DNA of 64,000 nucleotides from assembly GCA_965204355.1 (NCBI GenBank), contig OZ241983.1, forward strand, positions 5,957,088 to 6,021,087, in the 5' to 3' direction. Origin of the DNA: Candidatus Poribacteria bacterium. Lineage in GTDB: Bacteria; Poribacteria; WGA-4E; PCPOR2b. The position numbers and the translations under genes were made by a program. Below, in pieces: positions 58,135 through 64,000 of this stretch; the first letter of the stretch is position 1, and each line of letters starts with the position of its first letter. The notes beneath the pieces are model-generated. The model saw only the letters and a program-made list of their open reading frames with translations. It was not told the DNA's origin and made no database searches.

Positions 58135-60531
58135 ATGAACGTAAGCATCAAGTGGTTAAAGGAATATGTCGATTTCGAGCTATCCCCCGAAGCGTTAGCG
58201 GAGCGTTTGCTGATGCTCGGTATGGAAATTGAATCCATCAAACAGCTTGGAGAAGGGCTGGATCGGGTGGTCGTTGGCAGAATCAATAGCGTACAGAAGC
58301 ACCCGAAGGCAGATAAACTCGTGCTTTGCAACGTTGATGTCGGGTCGGGTACAGACGCACAAATCGTCTGCGGTGCCCCGAATGCGCGTGAAGGGTTGGT
58401 TGCTCCTGTCGCCCTTGTTGGTGCACAATTGCCCAATGGGTTGACGATTAAGCGGGCAAAAATTCGGGGTGAGGAATCGGGTGGGATGCTCTGCTCAGAA
58501 CAGGAGCTGGCGATTTCAGACGAGGCATCAGGCTTGATGGAACTCCCCGAGTACACGCAAATTGGTGCGCCGATTGTCGAAGCTCTCGGTTTGGACGATG
58601 TTATGTTGGAACTTGAGATCACGCCCAATCGCCCGGATTGTCTCAGCATGATTGGGGTCGGTAGGGAAATTAGTGTGATTACGGGAAATCCACTCAAGCT
58701 GCCTGAGATAGATGTCCAAGAGGAAACGGTAGATACCCACAATCTCACCCGTGTAACGATTGAAGATCCGGAACTCTGTCCGCGTTACGCAGCGCGAGTT
58801 ATTCGAGGCGTCAAAATTGGGCCTTCGCCCACGTGGCTGCAGCGTCGGCTCGAAGCTATTGGTGTCGGGACAATTAACAACATCGTTGATATTACCAATT
58901 ACGTCCTGATGGAATACGGACATCCTTTGCACGCCTTCGATTATCATCGACTCGCTGAGAACCGGATCGTTGTCCGCCGCGCTAAACCGGGTGAAACGCT
59001 GAAGACAATCGATGCAGAAGAACGTGAATTGACGCCAGACATGCTTGTCATTGCTGATGCGGAGAACCCGGTCGCGTTGGCGGGGGTGATGGGCGGTTTT
59101 GATTCAGAGATTACCGATCAGACGGTTGATGTGCTGCTTGAGAGTGCGTATTTCCACCCGCCGAGCATTCGGAAAACGTCAAAGGCGTTGGGAATGCATA
59201 CCGAAGCCTCCCACCGATTTGAACGTGGCGCAGACCCCGAAGGTGTTATCCCCGCAATCAACCGTGCGGCACAACTCATCGTGGACATCGCCGGTGGAGA
59301 GATCTGTTCGGGGATTATTGATGTCTATCCGGGTGAGCGAGAAATTCCCAACATTAAACTCCGTCCAGAGCGCGTCAACTTTGTCTTGGGAACGGAAATT
59401 GCCGACGATGATATACGTGGAATCCTGACTCGTCTCGGTTTTGCCGTATCCGATACGTTTGAAGTGAGCGTACCCACCTTTCGCCCCGATGTAGGACAGG
59501 AGATAGATCTGGTCGAGGAAATTGCACGTGTCTACGGGTTCGACAACATCCCAACCACGCTGCCGAGAGGCGACATTCCTATTCCGAAGGTTGAACCTAA
59601 AGCGGATCTGCGCGAGCGTGTGAAAACGTATCTTCTACAGTGTGGCATGATGGAGGCGATGAATTACGCATTTTATCATCCGGACGTTTTCGATCGCCTC
59701 CGTCTCTCATCCAAAGATCCGCTTCGGCAGGCAGTTCAGATAGCGAATCCACTGAGCGTAGACCAGTCGATCATGCGAACGACCTTGCTGCCCAGCTTGC
59801 TCGCTAATGCACAGCGTAACCGGAATCATCAAATTAACGATGTGCAATTCTTTGAGCGCAGCAAAGTCTTTATTCCAAATGGAACGGATGAATACCCAAA
59901 TGAACCCGAGTACGTTGCGGGTATGATAACGGGTAATCTCGGCGCGGGTGTATATGGCGATCCATTCCGTCCAGCAGACTTCTTCGACATCAAAGGAATT
60001 GTCGAAGGCATGCTGAACCGATGCGGTGTCTCCGATTATACTATCACTCATACCGAGCATCCAACCTTCCATCCGGGCCGTCGAGCAGAAATCCGCGTTA
60101 AAGATAAAACGTTGTGCGTCTTCGGTGAAGCCCATCCAGAGGTGTTGGAAAATTACGACCTACCCAGCAAGGCTTATCTGTTTGAACTCGATTTTGAGAA
60201 ATTGGTTGACGTGGTAGAATTGATGAAGCAATTCGAGCCTATTCCAATCTATCCCAGTGTTAATCGGGACCTTGCCATTGTGTTAGACGCAGATATACCT
60301 GCCAGCCGTCCGATAGACATTATCGAATCTACTGAAGGTGAGTTAGTTTCTTCGCTGCATCTGTTCGATGTCTACACAGGCGAGCAGGTCCCCGAAGGGA
60401 AGAAAAGTTTAGCATTTGCAATTGAATATCGCTCGACAACGGAGACGCTCACGGATGAAATTGTCGATCGAGTTCACGGCGGGATTTTAGAACGGTTAGA
60501 ACAGGAGCTTGGAGCGACACTCCGCAGTTGA
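58135..60531 (+). CDS. pheT: phenylalanine--tRNA ligase beta subunit
   Basis: 798 aa with tRNA-binding, B3/B4, B5 and FDX-ACB domains. Confidence 0.9.
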   Translation: MNVSIKWLKEYVDFELSPEALAERLLMLGMEIESIKQLGEGLDRVVVGRINSVQKHPKADKLVLCNVDVGSGTDAQIVCGAPNAREGLVAPVALVGAQLPNGLTIKRAKIRGEESGGMLCSEQELAISDEASGLMELPEYTQIGAPIVEALGLDDVMLELEITPNRPDCLSMIGVGREISVITGNPLKLPEIDVQEETVDTHNLTRVTIEDPELCPRYAARVIRGVKIGPSPTWLQRRLEAIGVGTINNIVDITNYVLMEYGHPLHAFDYHRLAENRIVVRRAKPGETLKTIDAEERELTPDMLVIADAENPVALAGVMGGFDSEITDQTVDVLLESAYFHPPSIRKTSKALGMHTEASHRFERGADPEGVIPAINRAAQLIVDIAGGEICSGIIDVYPGEREIPNIKLRPERVNFVLGTEIADDDIRGILTRLGFAVSDTFEVSVPTFRPDVGQEIDLVEEIARVYGFDNIPTTLPRGDIPIPKVEPKADLRERVKTYLLQCGMMEAMNYAFYHPDVFDRLRLSSKDPLRQAVQIANPLSVDQSIMRTTLLPSLLANAQRNRNHQINDVQFFERSKVFIPNGTDEYPNEPEYVAGMITGNLGAGVYGDPFRPADFFDIKGIVEGMLNRCGVSDYTITHTEHPTFHPGRRAEIRVKDKTLCVFGEAHPEVLENYDLPSKAYLFELDFEKLVDVVELMKQFEPIPIYPSVNRDLAIVLDADIPASRPIDIIESTEGELVSSLHLFDVYTGEQVPEGKKSLAFAIEYRSTTETLTDEIVDRVHGGILERLEQELGATLRS

Positions 60532-60546
60532 GTGGTGTCGTAGCAT

Positions 60547-61578
60547 TTACCGGTGCCACCATCTTCTTTTAGGCTTGGCTTCCGGTAGGTGGGGTTGGAG
60601 AGATTTTTCGGAGCGTAGGGATTTGAGCAGGTTCGATATTTCTTTACTCTTTCCGTCAGTTTCTAAGGCAGCTTCGCATATTGCAACGGCGCGTCTCCCA
60701 ACCGCTGGATCCTGTGTCGCTTGATAGGCAAGTCCACAGATTGTTGCAGCGGCTGCACTGTATTCCACCGGCTCAATCTCACTCGGTAGTTCATCGGGAA
60801 GCCAATCGAGAAGCGCAAGCCCAACCTGCCACGTCTCAGACTTTGCGTCACAAATCAACTTGTGATACAACAAATCAGTTGACGAATCATCGAGCCAATA
60901 CGCTTGCTCATAACAGTCAGCCGCTTCGTCATACGCTTCATTGGCAACATGCAGCTTTGCCAACTCCGTATAAAATGCGTACAACCCACGATCAGTGATG
61001 GCATACACTTCGTGTTGCGTCTCCGTCAGCCACGCCCCCGCTTCCAGAAATTCGATTGCTGAATTCTTCTCATCCTCTGTAATAATAATGCCTGTGAGGA
61101 GGTGCTTTGCTACCGCTGCGTTCGGGTAAATTTTGGTGCGGCTCTTCATCAAGGGATATGCCTGCACCGGCTTATCCATCTGAAGCAGCTTGAGCCCCGT
61201 TGCAATTCGGAACAGTGAGACGATTGAATCGCTGTTTTTTCGCGCCCTCTCATCAAAAACGGCTGTTTGATTGTCGGCAATATAATGATTGAGCGACTCT
61301 AATTCCGATCGGATTGCTGGATCGGCAGGCTCTACTTCGTGTGCTTTCGCAAGGAATCTTTGGGCGGTAAACAGTTCATCCCACTCCCGATAGATTTGAC
61401 CGAGCGACAAATTCGCCTGCGCGAGAAGCGGTGTCGCAACGGCGACAGACGCAATGGTATCCCACGTTTGGATCGCCGTCGAAAGCTCCTTCGGTGCCGT
61501 CAGCGTCTGTGCATAATCAATAAACTGATCCAATTCCGCCCGGATTTTCGCTCTGTCGAAAATGAAAGTTTGGTCCAC
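60547..61578 (-). CDS. TPR-repeat protein
   Basis: multiple TPR-like helical repeats. Confidence 0.55.
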   Translation of the reverse strand: MDQTFIFDRAKIRAELDQFIDYAQTLTAPKELSTAIQTWDTIASVAVATPLLAQANLSLGQIYREWDELFTAQRFLAKAHEVEPADPAIRSELESLNHYIADNQTAVFDERARKNSDSIVSLFRIATGLKLLQMDKPVQAYPLMKSRTKIYPNAAVAKHLLTGIIITEDEKNSAIEFLEAGAWLTETQHEVYAITDRGLYAFYTELAKLHVANEAYDEAADCYEQAYWLDDSSTDLLYHKLICDAKSETWQVGLALLDWLPDELPSEIEPVEYSAAAATICGLAYQATQDPAVGRRAVAICEAALETDGKSKEISNLLKSLRSEKSLQPHLPEAKPKRRWWHR

Positions 61579-61596
61579 TGGTGCCCCTCCCAGATC

Positions 61597-61806
61597 TTAG
61601 GCGTTAGCGGATGCCCAATCCTCCGTGTTTTTCTCAAACTCGTCAGCAACCTCATCGGAGATGGTATCCTTGATAACCGTGATCAGGTGGGTTCGGAATT
61701 TTTCCCAATCAGCGCCGCGCGCGGTAAAGCGGTATCGGCTATCGATCTCAACAAACATAGTGTCATTTGGTTCGTGATGCGATTCGAGATAACGATTGAT
61801 TTTCAT
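61597..61806 (-). CDS. small hypothetical protein
   Basis: ATG 61806 preceded by GGAGGA; 69 aa. Confidence 0.4.
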   Translation of the reverse strand: MKINRYLESHHEPNDTMFVEIDSRYRFTARGADWEKFRTHLITVIKDTISDEVADEFEKNTEDWASANA

Positions 61807-61968
61807 AGTTTCCTCCAAGAGAAAAGAGAGTGAAAAACGATTACGCGCTTTTGTCCTTGCGTACTTTCTCACTTTCATATCCCGATTCGATCGGGATCTA
61901 CACATTTGCTGTCTTTGTCCGTTGTATCGCTTTCGCGTTCTCCCGTTTTCCCGCTATCATTTTCGCGT

Positions 61969-62670
61969 CTACTTGCCTCCGACCGTCCACTCACTAATCT
62001 CCCACCCCGATTCTATCGCAACCTCTCGTAACCCCTTGCTCGGATTGACAACAATGGGATTGCCGACGCATTGCAGCATGGGAAGATCTGCGCGGCTATC
62101 GCCATAGCCATAGCTTGCACCGAGATCAACGTTATGCTGCTCGACGAAAGTCTGGATCACACGAACCTTTTCCGCCTCACCCAACGGCGGCGTTGTCAAT
62201 TCGCCCGTAAATTTTCCGTGCGTTTCCTCAAGTTTCACGGTCAAAGCAGCATCCGCTTGCAGGTAATCGGCAAGAGGTTGAATGATAAAATCGAGGGAGC
62301 CGGTCACAAGTACAATCAGATCCCCTCGATTTTGGTGATCACGAATACGATCTACAGCGGCGGGAAAGAGTTTGGAGCGCACATAGGTCTCGAACTGCTC
62401 ATCAGCAAGCTGTTTGACCTTTTCTGCATTCAATCCGCGATAGTTGCGATAGAAAACCCGGTTGAATCTTGTGCGACTCACTTTGTCTAGAAAAAAGTAA
62501 TAGACAACTTTTAGCGCAAACCACGCAATCCAGAAGGGACGCACAAAGGCAGGAAGCAAGCAGGAACGGAATTGGACGTAATAGTGGACGATGGTTGTGC
62601 TTACGATGGTGCCATCAACATCAAAAAAGGCAGCCGTTTTCTTTTCTTCCGCTGACATCTTACGCCTCAC
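61969..62670 (-). CDS. HAD-IB family hydrolase (phosphoserine-phosphatase-like)
   Basis: AAFFDVDGTI motif I, GDSRADLPM motif IV. Confidence 0.7.
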   Translation of the reverse strand: MRRKMSAEEKKTAAFFDVDGTIVSTTIVHYYVQFRSCLLPAFVRPFWIAWFALKVVYYFFLDKVSRTRFNRVFYRNYRGLNAEKVKQLADEQFETYVRSKLFPAAVDRIRDHQNRGDLIVLVTGSLDFIIQPLADYLQADAALTVKLEETHGKFTGELTTPPLGEAEKVRVIQTFVEQHNVDLGASYGYGDSRADLPMLQCVGNPIVVNPSKGLREVAIESGWEISEWTVGGK

Positions 62671-63997
62671 GGTCTACACTATCTGCTCGTAATGCTTCAA
62701 TCTCAGCCCTAACAGCGTCGGCAAGCTTTCTATAAGTTTCCTGTTCCAGCCCCGCAGTGGTGTCCACAGCACTCGCGTCGTGTCCGTCGGGCGGCATAAT
62801 CGGCTTACCGAAAGTCACCCGAACGCGGCTCTTACTCGGAAAACTCTTGCCCTTCGGTAGCGCCCGGTAAGTGCCATCAATATAAGTAGGAATGATCGGA
62901 GATCCACTTTCATAAGCCAACAAGCCGAGTCCGGGTTTGAACGGTTGAAGTTCCCCGGTGACAGAGCGAGTCCCTTCAGGATAGATCAGCAGACACTCGT
63001 TCTGTTTCAGGATCTCCTGCGAAATTCGGAGTCCCTGCAAGAAATTGGCATGCCGATCAAACGGCACGAATTTAAGCAGTTCGCCGGAGAACCATGACTT
63101 GAAGCGGGTGCCAAACCAGTAGTCTTTTGCAGCGAGAACCCTCAAACGTTTGGATTCGCTCTTCAGAACAGTCATGATTGCGAGGGTATCGAGGTGACTT
63201 GAGTGATTTGCGGCGATAATATACGGCTGTTCACGCGGAAGGTTTTCCAGTCCATTGCACTTAATCGAGAAATAACATCTATAGATAGTCCACACACTAA
63301 AGCGGAATAGCCCCGCAAGTGTCGCGGATAAAGGTGAGGACGCGGACCGTTCAATATAAGCGGATGTTTCTTCGTCAATGGGAGGCGGTGTGGCTTCAGA
63401 TTGCAGCGTTTTGACTGTCTCAGTCACGTCACCAACCGTCTGGATTTTGGCTATTAACTCATCGGGAATTGTGCGTTGTAGTCTGGATTCAAGTAGTAGT
63501 AGTAACTCCACCCGCGCCATTGAATCCAGTCCAAGTTCTGTCCCCAAATTGCTGTTCAAACGGATCTGATCCGCTGGCAGTTTCGCTAAGCGACTAAGTT
63601 CAGAGATAATAACTCCTTCGACCCCGGCAGGCGTGTCGGCCTCCGCCGTTGGCGCCGAAGTCTCCTTGCCGCTATCGGCATCAAGGGCATCTCCGACGGG
63701 TTCGGACTGCGGAACCTCCTGTGTCTGTTGCAAAAGTTGTTCTTGCAAAATTTCTTTAACACGTTCACGATCTATCACTTCGCCTGATGTCTTAGGCAGC
63801 TCAGTTTCCCAAAAGTGCACTGTGTGGAGATGTTGATATGTGGGTAAATCTTGGGCACGTTCCTGAATGTGTTGATGGACGGCTTTCTCAAGCTCAGCCC
63901 TGTTCTGATTTTCGTCGCATACTGGAACGATGACAGCGTGTGCCGCCTCAAACAGATTATCTGTACTCATACCAACAACACACATCTCGGAAATCAA
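62660..63997 (-). CDS. acyl-adenylating-enzyme C-terminus + ACP-like domain + PlsC-type lysophospholipid acyltransferase fusion (5' end beyond window)
   Basis: LPKTSGEVIDRERV (adenylation A10-like), LGLDSMARVEL (phosphopantetheine site), NHSSHLD and PEGTRS acyltransferase motifs; ORF open to window edge. Confidence 0.65.
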   Translation of the reverse strand: MISEMCVVGMSTDNLFEAAHAVIVPVCDENQNRAELEKAVHQHIQERAQDLPTYQHLHTVHFWETELPKTSGEVIDRERVKEILQEQLLQQTQEVPQSEPVGDALDADSGKETSAPTAEADTPAGVEGVIISELSRLAKLPADQIRLNSNLGTELGLDSMARVELLLLLESRLQRTIPDELIAKIQTVGDVTETVKTLQSEATPPPIDEETSAYIERSASSPLSATLAGLFRFSVWTIYRCYFSIKCNGLENLPREQPYIIAANHSSHLDTLAIMTVLKSESKRLRVLAAKDYWFGTRFKSWFSGELLKFVPFDRHANFLQGLRISQEILKQNECLLIYPEGTRSVTGELQPFKPGLGLLAYESGSPIIPTYIDGTYRALPKGKSFPSKSRVRVTFGKPIMPPDGHDASAVDTTAGLEQETYRKLADAVRAEIEALRADSVDREA

Positions 63998-64000
63998 GGG

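Overview
A 64 kb chromosomal segment (about 50% GC) from what looks like an uncultured bacterium. It is densely coding on both strands and mixes housekeeping operons with an accessory, metabolically eclectic gene set.

Housekeeping genes: infC-rpmI-rplT, a T-box leader plus pheS-pheT, purM/purF, tatA/tatC, ackA, birA, bioA.

Accessory genes: two COG0523 'CobW-like' GTPases with a ferredoxin-like protein and a WD40 protein; a non-phosphorylative sugar-acid dehydratase/aldolase pair; several xylose-isomerase-like TIM barrels; an amidohydrolase; Gfo/Idh/MocA; PhyH-like dioxygenases; and HEAT-repeat fusions.

Defence and mobile content:
- An MmeI-like Type IIL restriction-modification enzyme.
- An IS605-family tnpB-only element inserted directly in front of bioA.
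- An unusually dense network of at least three related families of short structured (hairpin/TIR) MITE-like repeats, at least 9 full or partial copies. Two copies bracket the second COG0523-WD40 module. Three near-identical copies sit at 8.9, 19.6 and 51.2 kb.

Other notable items: a partial tandem duplicate of the cobW 3' end, recurrent 26-28 nt perfect palindromes at gene ends, a Tpt1/KptA-like domain fused to HEAT repeats, a 7Fe-ferredoxin-membrane-Hsp20-like fusion, an acyl-adenylate/ACP/PlsC acyltransferase fusion cut by the window end, and a probable AUU start on infC.

No rRNA, tRNA or CRISPR array was found. All calls come from reading the sequence and ORF translations; no database search was possible.
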